This document shows positions 1 to 12,689 of a stretch of DNA of 44,916 nucleotides, one piece after another; the stretch's first letter is position 1, and the number at the start of each line of letters is the position of its first letter. The notes beneath the pieces are model-generated. The model was not told where the DNA came from. It was given only the letters and a program-made list of their open reading frames with translations, and searched no databases. This stretch comes from Octopus bimaculoides. Its lineage: Eukaryota. The translations under genes were made by a program, and so were the position numbers. The stretch is from assembly GCF_001194135.2 (NCBI RefSeq), contig NC_069004.1:29992967-30037882 (forward strand), read 5' to 3'.

Positions 1-405
1 CTTCTCTCTTGAGACTGACGTGCTGCGGCATGCATCTGCTGACTTTGAGAAAGTCTCATCTCCTTTCCCTGTTGAGACACACGCCTTCGGTTTTCAGCAA
101 TCGTCCTCGCTTTATACGTGTTTCTGGAGAGAAACATGTCTTTTCTTTGGTGGCATATTTTTTCAATATTGTAAACAAAAAATTATGAAAATTGAAAAAA
201 TATATTGGGTTGTCCGGAAAGTTCGTGCCGATTTTTAAAGGAAAAAAAAAAATCAACAAATACTTGCCATGACTTTTTTAATCAACCAAATATGAACCAT
301 TTTGTTAAACAATGCGTCTCCATCTCTCCTTTAACTTGATATATAAGAAACAAGATAAAAATATAAAGCATTTTGCACAAGTTGATAATCTCTCACTATT
401 AGTTT

Positions 406-441
<36 letters not shown>

Positions 442-492
442 AAACATACAAGATATATATCATATCTATTTAATTATTTCTACTTTTTACAG

Positions 493-2809
493 ATATACAG
501 AAGGTGATTTCCATTACTTGAAGACTCTCCGAGTTGAGAAGTTTAGTACACCATTTTGCAAGCATTCCTCACTTGGATCCCAAAACAGCATGAACAATGA
601 TAGCACAGATGCAAAGAATTTTGTGTGCAAAAGTTCGGGAAGTTTGGACGGTAAATGCGTCTATGGTTTTCTGATGCCAACAACCCTGAGTTTGTCTCGG
701 CAGCAGTGCATTGAAGAATCCCCCTCTCCGACGAACAGGCCGACTCAAACAGAGATCTTGGTTGAAGTCCATTGTCAACAAAACGCTAACTTGACCGAAC
801 ATTGTTGCAAAGAAAACGGGAAAAGTTCGCCGCCACCGCCGCCTCCGCCGCCGCTTCCGCTGCCAGCCGTCTCGGCAGCAACGAGAGCAGCGGCATCGGC
901 AGCAGCCGTAGTGGCATCAGCACTACCGCTCCCATCATCATCCTCATCGTCGCCGTCGCCCACGGCACTGCCTCTCCCGCTACCTCTACCTCTACCCTCA
1001 CCGACACCGCCACCATTACCACCCCTCACCTTATCGACGGTCCCTACGAAGTCTTTACAATCACACAGCATGGATACGGTGAGCCCCATCAAAACGTGGC
1101 AACTCCCTGATAGCAGCAGCATGCAGGTTTATGATGATACGACTGATTACGATACACTGAAGATAACGGAATTCACACGAGGTCCCTTCCACAACGCTGA
1201 TTACGAATTAGCGTCAGATGTCGGTTCGCCAAAGGTACGCTACAACGACACGGGGAGTTTGGAGCAGCTGAATGACAGGCATCTTGAGTTTGCGAATGAT
1301 TACGACCATGCAGGTATAGTGTCGAACGAGAGTGATGATACGGAAACGTTAAACGGTAGCCAAAGATATAAGGAACTGTGGAATCTGAGGGCTACGCTGG
1401 AAGAAGAAGAGGGGGATTGTAGCGATACAATTCGAATGGAAGATAACTCAGCTGACCAGTCCCCAGATATCGGACACGGTGCTTCGAATACAACTTCGTT
1501 TGAGTCGAACACTGAACCCGTGGCTCAGCAGAGTAGCAGCAGCCCTGTCACTTACACTCGAAGAGAAGAGAGGTTCTTACTAGAACTCCAACGTCACTCA
1601 AGTAACCTTCTCCATCCGAATTACGAAAGCAGGCGCCAATCCTACAAAGATATCTTACACCGAAGACTTCAGAGACCCAATCAACCGGTAGCGAGTGGGG
1701 ACAACAGCTTCGATAGCGTCGACACAGTGGACACTGATGGGGAAGTGTCCGATACGAGTCGACACGAAGTAACAACCACATCATTTGAATCAACCACTGA
1801 TAACACAGACAGCACTACAGAGAGTCAAACCAGTAAACTACGACAAATGAAAGCAGACAGTGGGTATAAATCTTTAGAAACACAAATCCCTTCCCAGAAT
1901 AGCTCTTTGAGAAGGTCGCCAGGACATTCTCCAGGTCATTCGCCGGGACATTCACCTGCTGGCACTTCCCCAGGCACTTCACCCGGAAACTCATCTTGTA
2001 ACATGGACATTGAAAGTTGTGTTGGTACAAAGACTCCAATCAAGCAAGCTGCACCTCCTCCTCCAGTGACGGCTCCTGCATCAGAGCCGGCCACGCCCAC
2101 CCCTTCGTTCCAAAGCTCTGCTCCTGATACTCCGGTCAAGAAACACAAGAAATCGGCAGGTAACTCCCATTTCGATCGAAGAAATGGTAAAACTGCTTCG
2201 AAGAAGAGACGAGAATATAGTCGAGAACGGCAAGTGGTTCAAGTTTATGACAGCATCAATGAACCGGAAACAGATTCCAAATCTGACCAACCTTCAGGAG
2301 ACAGCTTTGAAGACAACTCCTTGTCTGGAAAACTGTCAGTTTTCACTCGTTTCTTTCGGGCCCAGCAGCGTGAGCATAAGGAACGATCTTTATCCAGAGA
2401 TTATAGCATTGATGAGAAATCAAACGAAATCTTCAACCAGTTTCTTAGACAAGACCCTAAAATGGAAGGAGGTATTAGTATGCGACGATCGCCGAGGACC
2501 CATCCACGTCATCGGCTTACGCGAAAGCATACTGACCCGTCATTCTATGAAGTACACCGACACGACCGTCTAAGTCCAAGTACACGCAGCGCCAGCCTGG
2601 GTAGTGACAGTAGTGCAAGCTCAGTGCGACGAATGTCTCCACAAGATAGTATAGAAGAGGAGTATTCGACTGAAGAGAAACCAGCGGCCGTAGAATGGAC
2701 TGAAGAAGCAGGGAAATGTGAAAGTAAAAGTAGCGAATCATTGCAACCAGTCCCCATTCAAGATATTCCAATTATAAAACTGCCAGAAGAGGATATAACT
2801 GACGCCTAA
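493..2809 (+). CDS. CBARP: Terminal coding exon of a CBARP/BARP-like protein (Cav beta-subunit-associated regulatory protein); upstream exons lie outside the window
   Basis: Polypyrimidine tract plus ttttacAG acceptor at 491-492. Phase-2 entry, then open frame YTEGDFHYLKTLR... to TAA at 2807-2809 (2317 nt = 1 + 772 codons). Four motifs match human CBARP as recalled, in the same order: YTEGDFHYLK (YTLTEGDFHHLK), YKELWNLRATLE (YRDLWSLRASLE), LRQMKADSGYKSLE (LLQMDSGYASIE), RDYSIDEKSNEIFNQFLRQDP (RDYSIDEKTDALFHEFLRHDP). These are followed by RKHTDP (RQHSDP). Confidence 0.82.
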
Positions 2810-2969
2810 AGCTAAACAAATTGGTTAAACATTTTGGAACCTGATCTTGTTGGATAATTTGGTCATAGGAGGAAGTTGTGAGACACCATGATGTGAATTC
2901 AACATTGGCAGAAACAGGTGTAAAGAAATAACAATGTAAAAGATGCAAACATGAACCAGGTGTAAATGA

Positions 2970-3639
2970 TATTTATATATAAATATATATATATATATAT
3001 ATAAGTATTTATAGCAGAGGAAACAGGTGAAATATATATATATATACAGAATGTGAAAGAGCTGTGAGAAACTAACTGCAAAAAATATATGGAACCAAAG
3101 TGATACAGATAAAATGGTAAAATGGTTAAAAAAAAATAAACGTAAATGAAGCAAAAAAACAAATGAGTGAGATGGAAGAACTGTGAGAAAATGGAATGCA
3201 ACGGATGTTGCTAATTGAGATAATTGAACCAATCAATAAACGAGACATAAATAACGAAATAAATATAGAAGATGATGAAACAGATGTTACAGATGGAGCA
3301 TAAAACAAACAAGGCAAATAATATATACATATGTGAGTGTGTGTGTGTGTGTACATGCAGTATAGATATATATAAATGTTTTTTTATATATATACACGTA
3401 TGCAAATACACACAAACACACACACCCACACACATATACATGCACACACACACACGTGCATATATACATACATATTAGGGGAGAACAGTTGTCAAAGTGG
3501 AATTTGAAACAAAGAGATGTGTGTCCATGCATGTGTATTGTGCGTGTGTTTATGAGTGTTTATATATGTGTGTGTGTGTGTGTGTGTCAATATATATACA
3601 TACACTTATATACATAGATACATATATATACAAATATTT

Positions 3640-3700
<61 letters not shown>

Positions 3701-3764
3701 GTATATATGCATATGTGTGAATATATATGTCTGTGGTATATATATATGCTTGTGTACATATATA

Positions 3765-3803
<39 letters not shown>

Positions 3804-3941
3804 GCACACACACACACATATCTATATGTATACATATAGAGGCAGAGAGAGAAAGAGAAAGAGAAAAAATTAAACAAAATATAAAAAAAACGCATGTAAC
3901 TGAAAAGTTTTTAAAATATGTGAACTAGATACACAAAATTT

Positions 3942-3974
<33 letters not shown>

Positions 3975-4130
3975 CACAAATGCATGTATACATATATATC
4001 ATATTAAATATATATATATATATATACAAATATATGTATGCATATATATTATATACAATATATATAGAGAGAGATTACATGTTATATATATATTTATATT
4101 ATATTATAAATGTATATATTATGTATATAT
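2970..4130. repeat. Compound (TA)n/(CA)n/(TG)n microsatellite field downstream of the CBARP-like stop. Similar fields at about 6440-8110, 10555-12150, 20200-22025 and 28330-29120
   Basis: Direct reading; these produce the YI/CV-rich pseudo-ORFs. Confidence 0.95.
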
Positions 4131-4554
4131 TAGTAAAATTAATTTCCTTTAAGGCAACAGATAATGTTGAAATCTGCTGATAATGCTGTTTTTATTGAAC
4201 TGCAATCCTGGTGAACTAAACAAGAACTGAAATCAGCGTCATCCATGCAAATATAACGATGAATAACGAGGATAATGATGATGATGGTGATGATGATGAT
4301 GATGATGATGACAGTGACAATTAAGATGATCGTGATGATAATGTGGATGATGAAGATAACGATGATGATAGTAAAAATAATTAAAACGAGAAGATGCTGA
4401 GAAGGATGGATCAAAGTGAATCAAACGTGTTCATTGTAGAGGCAGCCGTTCAACTGAAATTGTTACAAATCTACAACTGCTCGGGAGAAAGAAGTTGAAA
4501 AAATACTTCTGGCAATAATAATAATAATAGTAATAATAATAAAGATAATAATAA

Positions 4555-4920
4555 ACGAAAAGTAAGCAAACAGTGTGAGATCATAGACTTTGTAATTTCC
4601 CATGATGCAAAAGACATTGGAAAAAAATTTACCAAAGATACAAAAGAACTTGAGAAATATGAGGATCTAGCCAGAGAACTGAGGAGGCTGCCGAAGACCA
4701 AGACCTGTGGTTATTGGTGCGCTTGGCACAACATGCAAAATGCTATCTGAAACAGATTGCAACTGGAATTCTGCATTGTGATCCTGTTGAAAAGTTCCAG
4801 CCTATATTTCGTGAGAATTTCTTTGGAAGATTCTTCTTGAGATTTGATGAGAAGATTTGTAGACATCAAACCTCAAGATTAAAAAAATGCCCGCTAATTA
4901 AATTAGCATGTGCTAGCTTA
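4555..4920 (+). mobile_element. Degenerate 3' fragment of an R4/Dong-like non-LTR retrotransposon (restriction-like endonuclease domain)
   Basis: Plus frame KQCEIIDFVISHD...KELEKYEDLARELRRL, then a frameshift to PVVIGALGT. This is the typical PD-(D/E)xK RLE tail. Flanked by (TAA)n on both sides. Confidence 0.7.
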
Positions 4921-4942
4921 ATAATAATGATGTTGATGATGT

Positions 4943-4991
<49 letters not shown>

Positions 4992-6634
4992 AATTGTTTG
5001 TTACAGAAGCCTCAGATGAGGTGGGATGGCGTATTACAAGGACATGTTATAATTTGTGTAAAGGAGGTTTATACAAAAGATGAGGAGGAGGAGAAAAGAA
5101 AGAGAGGAAGGAAGAGGAGGAGTAAATGAAAGAAGAGTAAAACAAAGCATACAAAATATGTGAACACATCTACGATGCAGTCCTGATGCAGGAGAAGAAG
5201 AAGAAGAAGAAGAAGGAAAACTTCCAATTAGGGTCAATCGAGAAACCTCACAGATCCAGCATCACTCTGATCACCAATGGCACCAAGCCCTCACCCTCAA
5301 TTGTTGTTCTCTCTAATTTGCAGGCGCATGCTTAGAGTAGACCCTTTTGCCGTAAATATCTTTACCACTGTCACCCACCTTTTGACAAATTCACTGGGAT
5401 AGGAAGCACTTCCCTTTCCACTCTTACTCTCCTTTTCAACTGAAACTAATGAAATATAACTCTTTTACTGCAGAAATCAGATTTAACCATTCACAATTTC
5501 ATTACTTTAACTGTGGAAAGCAGTTTTTATATACCAGATTATCTTTTGTTGAGGATTATCATGTTTGAGACTATATTTTGTTGAGATTTGTCAAGTTTAT
5601 CGAGGTAAAACGACTTGGCAGAAAATACCAATTCTATGTTTTTGGTAGATATTTAATATTATTCCTGGAATAAGCATGAAATTTAATTTTGCAATCAAAG
5701 GGTTAAAAAATTTCATTTGAGGGCTTGCCCAAAGAGGAAACTCTGTCCTTAAGCCTTTCAATAATTGTTCTATTGGCGTCAGAAAGAGATCAAAGAAAAA
5801 ATGATGGCACAAAAGACAAGAGAATAACATGCAAGCATTGGGGTCTGGAATTGTGCAGGGTAAGTAAAAAGAAAAAGGGCTAGCAAGAACAAGTAATAAC
5901 AAAATTCCCTAATAGGCAGAATAGCTACTTAGGGCAAATCAAGGAAACCAATCCCCAAAAGTCTCAAAACCCCTTAACATCAAGATCAAGTGCCCTCCCT
6001 CATCTGCTGTTTTTCTAGCCTACAAATACATACTCAAAAGAGTCACGTTCACCATGTTCGTTAGCGTAACCCACCTTTCAAAGAAATTTACTGAGAGAAA
6101 AGCAACTCCTTCTTTACCCCTCGTTTTCCTCAAGAAAATAAATTAACGAGGGCTTTGCCAAATAATAAAACTGCTTGCTGTTTACTGATTTAAGTCTTGT
6201 CCACTGCACAACCTCTTTTGCCATGGTGACCAGATGGCTGGAGGAAAAATTGCCTGACCTTCTTGGACGAAAAAAAAAAAAAGGTGGCATCATGATGTTC
6301 ACAATGGAATCAGCTACTAGCTGGATTCCTTCTACTCACGACAATTAAATTAACGATGATAATTATAATCATTAGGTAAATCAGATCATAAAATAAATAA
6401 CAAAGAAGAACAAGCTGAAAGGAAATGATCATGAAAAATATATGTACTAAATATATATATATATATGTATATATATATGCATGTAGGTATTGTGAAACCC
6501 ATTGGTCAGATTGACCATAATGGATATATAATACTTTGATCAATATATGTACTTCGATTAAAATATNNNNNNNNNNNNNNNNNNNNNNNNNNNNNNNNNN
6601 NNNNNNNNNNNNNNNNNNNNNNNNNNNNNNNNNN

Positions 6635-6731
<97 letters not shown>

Positions 6732-8307
6732 TAGATATAAAATATATATATATATATGTATATATATATGCATGTAGGTATTGTGAAACCCATTGGTCAG
6801 ATTGACCATAATGGATATATAATACTTTGATCAATATATGTACTTCGATTAAAATATGTACATACACACACACAAACATATATATACATATATACACACA
6901 TGCATACACACACGTATATACATATATATATATATACATTTATGTATACACATATATACATATACCTATATATACATACATATATATAAATTATATATAC
7001 ATATAAATATACATATTCACATATACATATGTACAAACATATATATATATATATATATATATATANNNNNNNNNNNNNNNNNNNNNNNNNNNNNNNNNNN
7101 NNNNNNNNNNNNNNNNNNNNNNNNNNNNNNNNNNNNNNNNNNNNNNNNNNNNNNNNNNNNNNNNNNNNNNNNNNNNNNNNNNNNNNNNNNNNNNNNNNNN
7201 NNNNNNNNNNNNNNNNNNNNNNNNNNNNNNNNNNNNNNNNNNNNNNNNNNNNNNNNNNNNNNNNNNNNNNNNNNNNNNNNNNNNNNNNNNNNNNNNNNNN
7301 NNNNNNNNNNNNNNNNNNNNNNNNNNNNNNNNNNNNNNNNNNNNNNNNNNNNNNNNNNNNNNNNNNNNNNNNNNNNNNNNNNNNNNNNNNNNNNNNNNNN
7401 NNNNNNNNNNNNNNNNNNNNNNNNNNNNNNNNNNNNNNNNNNNNNNNNNNNNNNNNNNNNNNNNNNNNNNNNNNNNNNNNNNNNNNNNNNNNNNNNNNNN
7501 NNNNNNNNNNNNNNNNNNNNNNNNNNNNNNNNNNNNNNNNNNNNNNNNNNNNNNNNNNNNNNNNNNNNNNNNNNNNNNNNNNNNNNNNNNNNNNNNNNNN
7601 NNNNNNNNNNNNNNNNNNNNNNNNNNNNNNNNNNNNNNNNNNNNNNNNNNNNNNNNNNNNNNNNNNNNNNNNNNNNNNNNNNNNNNNNNNNNNNNNNNNN
7701 NNNNNNNNNNNNNNNNNNNNNNNNNNNNNNNNNNNNNNNNNNNNNNNNNNNNNNNNNNNNNNNNNNNNNNNNNNNNNNNNNNNNNNNNNNNNNNNNNNNN
7801 NNNNNNNNNNNNNNNNNNNNNNNNNNNNNNNNNNNNNNNNNNNNNNNNNNNNNNNNNNNNNNNNNNNNNNNNNNNNNNNNNNNNNNNNNNNNNNNNNNNN
7901 NNNNNNNNNNNNNNNNNNNNNNNNNNNNNNNNNNNNNNNNNNNNNNNNNNNNNNNNNNNNNNNNNNNNNNNNNNNNNNNNNNNNNNNNNNNNNNNNNNNN
8001 NNNNNNNNNNNNNNNNNNNNNNNNNNNNNNNNNNNNNNNNNNNNNNNNNNNNNCATACATATATATATAGATATAAAATATATATATATATATGTATATA
8101 TATGTACATATATATGTGTATATATCTTTTTTATATTATTTTTTTATAAATTCTATGTAATGCAATTATTTCTTTCCTTCTCCTGTCCCCGATACTTAAA
8201 TTTTTTTCTATTTTTTTTATAGTTTAAATTTACCTTGGTTTTTTTTTTCTGTTTTATATTTAACAACAACAACAGCAACAACAAGAATTCAAAAACATAA
8301 GAGTTAA

Positions 8308-8727
8308 CAGGCATGGCTGTCTAGTTAAGGTACTCTCTTTGTAACCAGATGGTTTGGGTTCAGTCCCACTGTGCAGCACCTTGCACAAGTGTCTTCTATT
8401 ATGGCGCCAAACAGACCAAAGCCTTGTGAGAGGATTGGTTAACAGAAACTGAAAAAAGCCACTCATGTACAAATATATACAAACACACACACACATATAT
8501 ATATTCTTTTACTCTTTTACTTGTTTCAGTCATTTGACTGTGGCCATGCTGGAGCACCGCCATTAATCGGACAAATTGACCACAGGACTTATTCTTTGTA
8601 TGTGTAGTACTTATTTTGTCGGTCTCTTTTGCCAAACCACTAAGTTACAGGGACATAAACACACCAACCTCAGTTGTCAAGCGATGGTGGTGGAGACAAA
8701 CACAGACACACAAACATATACATAGAT
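8308..8727. mobile_element. Family A SINE 5' half (+) abutting a family A 3' half (-)
   Basis: gggttcagtcccactgtgcagcaccttgcacaagtgtcttct (+) followed by tcttttacttgtttcagtcatttgactg (-). Confidence 0.7.
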
Positions 8728-9257
8728 NNNNNNNNNNNNNNNNNNNNNNNNNNNNNNNNNNNNNNNNNNNNNNNNNNNNNNNNNNNNNNNNNNNNNNNNN
8801 NNNNNNNNNNNNNNNNNNNNNNNNNNNNNNNNNNNNNNNNNNNNNNNNNNNNNNNNNNNNNNNNNNNNNNNNNNNNNNNNNNNNNNNNNNNNNNNNNNNN
8901 NNNNNNNNNNNNNNNNNNNNNNNNNNNNNNNNNNNNNNNNNNNNNNNNNNNNNNNNNNNNNNNNNNNNNNNNNNNNNNNNNNNNNNNNNNNNNNNNNNNN
9001 NNNNNNNNNNNNNNNNNNNNNNNNNNNNNNNNNNNNNNNNNNNNNNNNNNNNNNNNNNNNNNNNNNNNNNNNNNNNNNNNNNNNNNNNNNNNNNNNNNNN
9101 NNNNNNNNNNNNNNNNNNNNNNNNNNNNNNNNNNNNNNNNNNNNNNNNNNNNNNNNNNNNNNNNNNNNNNNNNNNNNNNNNNNNNNNNNNNNNNNNNNNN
9201 NNNNNNNNNNNNNNNNNNNNNNNNNNNNNNNNNNNNNNNNNNNNNNNNNNNNNNNNN

Positions 9258-10050
9258 GGTCAACTTTGCTGTTCATCCTTTTGGGGTCGATAAATTAAGT
9301 ACCAGTTAAGCACTGGGGTCGATGTAATCAACTATCCCCCCCCCTCCAAATTTCAGGCCTTGCGCCTATTGTAGAAAGGATTATTATTATTATTATTATT
9401 ATTATGGTTGTTAAGGCGACGAGCTGGCAGAATCGTTAGCACGCTGGACGAAATGCTTAGCGGTATTTCACCTGTCGCTACATTCTGAGTTCAAATTCTG
9501 CTGAGGTCGACTTTGCGTTTCATCCTTTTGGGGTCAATAAATTAAGTACCAGTGAAACACTGGGGTCTGTGTAATCGACTAGTCCCTCTCCTCACAAATT
9601 TCAGGCCGTGTGCCTTTAGTAAAAAAGGATTGTTATTATGTTTGTTAGTTCTTCTAGTCTTTGCATTCTGAGTTCAAATCCTGCCAAGGTCGACTTTGAC
9701 TTTCATTCTTTTGGGGGCCAATGAACTATATGTATCAGTTGAGCAATGGTGGCCAAAATGATTGACTTGCCCATCATTCAAAATTGCTGGCCAGGAACCA
9801 AAATAAGAAAGGATTATTATTGTTATTGTTGTTGTTGTAATGGCAGTGAGCTGGCAAAGATCATCAGTGTGGTGGACAAAATGTTTTCGACTTTTTACAT
9901 TCCAGGATCCAGTCCCACCAAGGTCAACTTAGCCTTTCATTTGTTTACAAGATAAATAGAGTAAAGTACCAGTCAAAAACTGGGGTCAGTGTAACCAACT
10001 AACTCCTTTCCCTAACATTGCTGGCCTTGTGCCAAAATTCGAAACCATTA
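9258..10050 (+). mobile_element. Head-to-tail chain of about four short tRNA-headed SINEs (family B) separated by (ATT)n/(GTT)n
   Basis: Repeating unit gagctggcagaatcgttagc...ctgagttcaaatt...ggtcgactttgcctttcatcc...ggggtcgataaattaagtaccag...ggccttgtgcc. Confidence 0.8.
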
Positions 10051-10553
10051 TGGTTATAGTTGTTGTTGTTGGTTAGCCCTTTAAACCCCTACACCACCTC
10101 CAGCAGATCAACGATAATTAAGCTACCGATGTAGGCCTAAGTTATCTCTGTACATCATGTCCTTCATACAAAAATAGTCAGAGTGCAGAATTAAGGAAGA
10201 CTTGGCTGATATTTCTAGCATGTCACATAGCCACATATGTGTTCTCTTTGATATATTTCAGTCATAGTTTTGTTATTATTTTCTTCCTCTTTTTCTTCAT
10301 TGTTTCTTTATGTTTGTTACTGCTGCTGCTGCTGTTGTTCTGTATGGCAAAACGATAAGAGAGATTTATCCATGTCACACAAAAATGTGCAGAAAGAGTT
10401 GGGTTTTTTTTTCTAAAATGTGGGAAAAGGATTTTTCTGTGAGTTCCATTAAAACCCAGACATTGACCATTGTGTCAAGTTTCTAGCACTGTTCTTCTAA
10501 TAATACTTTTTATAATTACAGCCTTGACATATTTAGGCTATGGTTATATGGAT

Positions 10554-10603
<50 letters not shown>

Positions 10604-10608
10604 CATAC

Positions 10609-10641
<33 letters not shown>

Positions 10642-11338
10642 NNNNNNNNNNNNNNNNNNNNNNNNNNNNNNNNNNNNNNNNNNNNNNNNNNNNNNNNNNN
10701 NNNNNNNNNNNNNNNNNNNNNNNNNNNNNNNNNNNNNNNNNNNNNNNNNNNNNNNNNNNNNNNNNNNNNNNNNNNNNNNNNNNNNNNNNNNNNNNNNNNN
10801 NNNNNNNNNNNNNNNNNNNNNNNNNNNNNNNNNNNNNNNNNNNNNNNNNNNNNNNNNNNNNNNNNNNNNNNNNNNNNNNNNNNNNNNNNNNNNNNNNNNN
10901 NNNNNNNNNNNNNNNNNNNNNNNNNNNNNNNNNNNNNNNNNNNNNNNNNNNNNNNNNNNNNNNNNNNNNNNNNNNNNNNNNNNNNNNNNNNNNNNNNNNN
11001 NNNNNNNNNNNNNNNNNNNNNNNNNNNNNNNNNNNNNNNNNNNNNNNNNNNNNNNNNNNNNNNNNNNNNNNNNNNNNNNNNNNNNNNNNNNNNNNNNNNN
11101 NNNNNNNNNNNNNNNNNNNNNNNNNNNNNNNNNNNNNNNNNNNNNNNNNNNNNNNNNNNNNNNNNNNNNNNNNNNNNNNNNNNNNNNNNNNNNNNNNNNN
11201 NNNNNNNNNNNNNNNNNNNNNNNNNNNNNNNNNNNNNNNNNNNNNNNNNNNNNNNNNNNNNNNNNNNNNNNNNNNNNNNNNNNNNNNNNNNNNNNNNNNN
11301 NNNNNNNNNNNNNNNNNNNNNNNNNNNNNNNNNNNNNN

Positions 11339-11377
<39 letters not shown>

Positions 11378-11540
11378 TGTGTGTGTGTGTGTGCGTGTAT
11401 GCGTTTACAGATTTATATATTTATACATAAATACATGAACATATAGCTAGACATAGCTACATGCCTGTATATACACATGTACTTATAGTTACTTTTATTA
11501 ATATACATGCACACACACACATGTATATATATGTATATGT

Positions 11541-11581
<41 letters not shown>

Positions 11582-11681
11582 TACACATATATATACAGAT
11601 AAACATGTGTGCATATATAAATATATATATATATGTATGTATGTATGTACATATATATATGTATATATATATGTGTGCGTG

Positions 11682-11712
<31 letters not shown>

Positions 11713-11755
11713 AGATATACATATGTACATATATATATGTATACATATTTATATA

Positions 11756-11808
<53 letters not shown>

Positions 11809-12147
11809 NNNNNNNNNNNNNNNNNNNNNNNNNNNNNNNNNNNNNNNNNNNNNNNNNNNNNNNNNNNNNNNNNNNNNNNNNNNNNNNNNNNNNNNNNNNN
11901 NNNNNNNNNNNNNNNNNNNNNNNNNNNNNNNNNNNNNNNNNNNNNNNNNNNNNNNNNNNNNNNNNNNNNNNNNNNNNNNNNNNNNNNNNNNNNNNNNNNN
12001 NNNNNNNNNNNNNNNNNNNNNNNNNNNNNNNNNNNNNNNNNNNNNNNNNNNNNNNNNNNNNNNNNNNNNNNNNNNNNNNNNNNNNNNNNNNNNNNNNNNN
12101 NNNNNNNNNNNNNNNNNNNNNNNNNNNTATGTATGTATGTATGTATG

Positions 12148-12470
12148 TCTTTGGCTGGCCTCAAATCTCACCTGCGAACCCATGGAAAACAAACCTCATC
12201 CAGCTATTCTGATTATATGTCTGTGCACACGTTTGAATGTGGCGTGTGCCAGAGGGTTTGCAAATCCAATGGGGGTCTTAAAAGACATGTTAGGATCCAC
12301 AATGAGCAGAACTTACTTGCAGGTATTGGTAGTGCAAATCAGAGGTGCAATCTGTGTGGGTGTTTTTTCAAAACACTGTCTGGTTTAAAAAGCCACATCA
12401 GACGCCATGAAAGGGCTAAGGTGTAGGTGCAGGAGGTGGTCAAACTCTGTGTAAGGAGTAGACAACCACC
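12148..12470 (+). mobile_element. 5'-truncated LINE 3' end (RTE-like) encoding three C2H2 zinc fingers
   Basis: SLAGLKSHLRTH..CGVCQRVCKSNGGLKRHVRIH..CNLCGCFFKTLSGLKSHIRRH-ERAKV*. No TGEKP linkers. Short 3' UTR with a small hairpin (actct-gtgtaa-ggagt), then an (ATGT)n tail; (ATGT)n also lies upstream. Confidence 0.6.
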
Positions 12471-12593
12471 ATGTATGTATGTATGCATGCATGTATATAT
12501 GTGTATTTATATACACACACACACGCACCCTTATATATATACATATACATATAATGTGTGTGTTACATATATATATATTATTATTATATAATA

Positions 12594-12657
<64 letters not shown>

Positions 12658-12689
12658 GCAACAGCAGCAATAACAGAAACAATAACACT

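Noticed and set aside
2-238. Open frame FSLETDVLRHASADFEK..., with LRHAS reminiscent of CBARP LRRHASLD
   Set aside because: No convincing donor, and the motif is in the wrong order relative to human CBARP; cannot be supported as an exon.
569-2771. Multiple overlapping ORFs on both strands within the CBARP-like exon
   Set aside because: Shadow frames of a GC-rich, low-complexity coding exon.
2825-4180. YI/CV-rich ORFs (also at 6310-8222, 10470-12426, 20039-22965, 28227-28949)
   Set aside because: Translations of (TA)n/(TG)n microsatellites and N runs.
5230-6300. Complex non-repetitive sequence with ~100-aa ORFs
   Set aside because: No recognisable domain or splice-consistent frame; may be 3' UTR or a decayed element.
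6440-6856. ~125-bp direct duplication either side of the gap at 6567-6634 (partly again at 8055); similar at 28340-28500 and 32870/33605
   Set aside because: Identical sequence flanking small N gaps is typical of unmerged contig ends or haplotypes; most likely an assembly artefact.
9258-10050. Regularly recurring ~200-bp units that might suggest a CRISPR-like array
   Set aside because: Eukaryotic SINE chain with diverged units and microsatellite spacers; no cas genes.
12148-12426. Host C2H2-ZNF gene exon
   Set aside because: No TGEKP linkers or acceptor visible, and LINE-like 3' UTR and tail; treated as a retroelement (gap upstream leaves some doubt).
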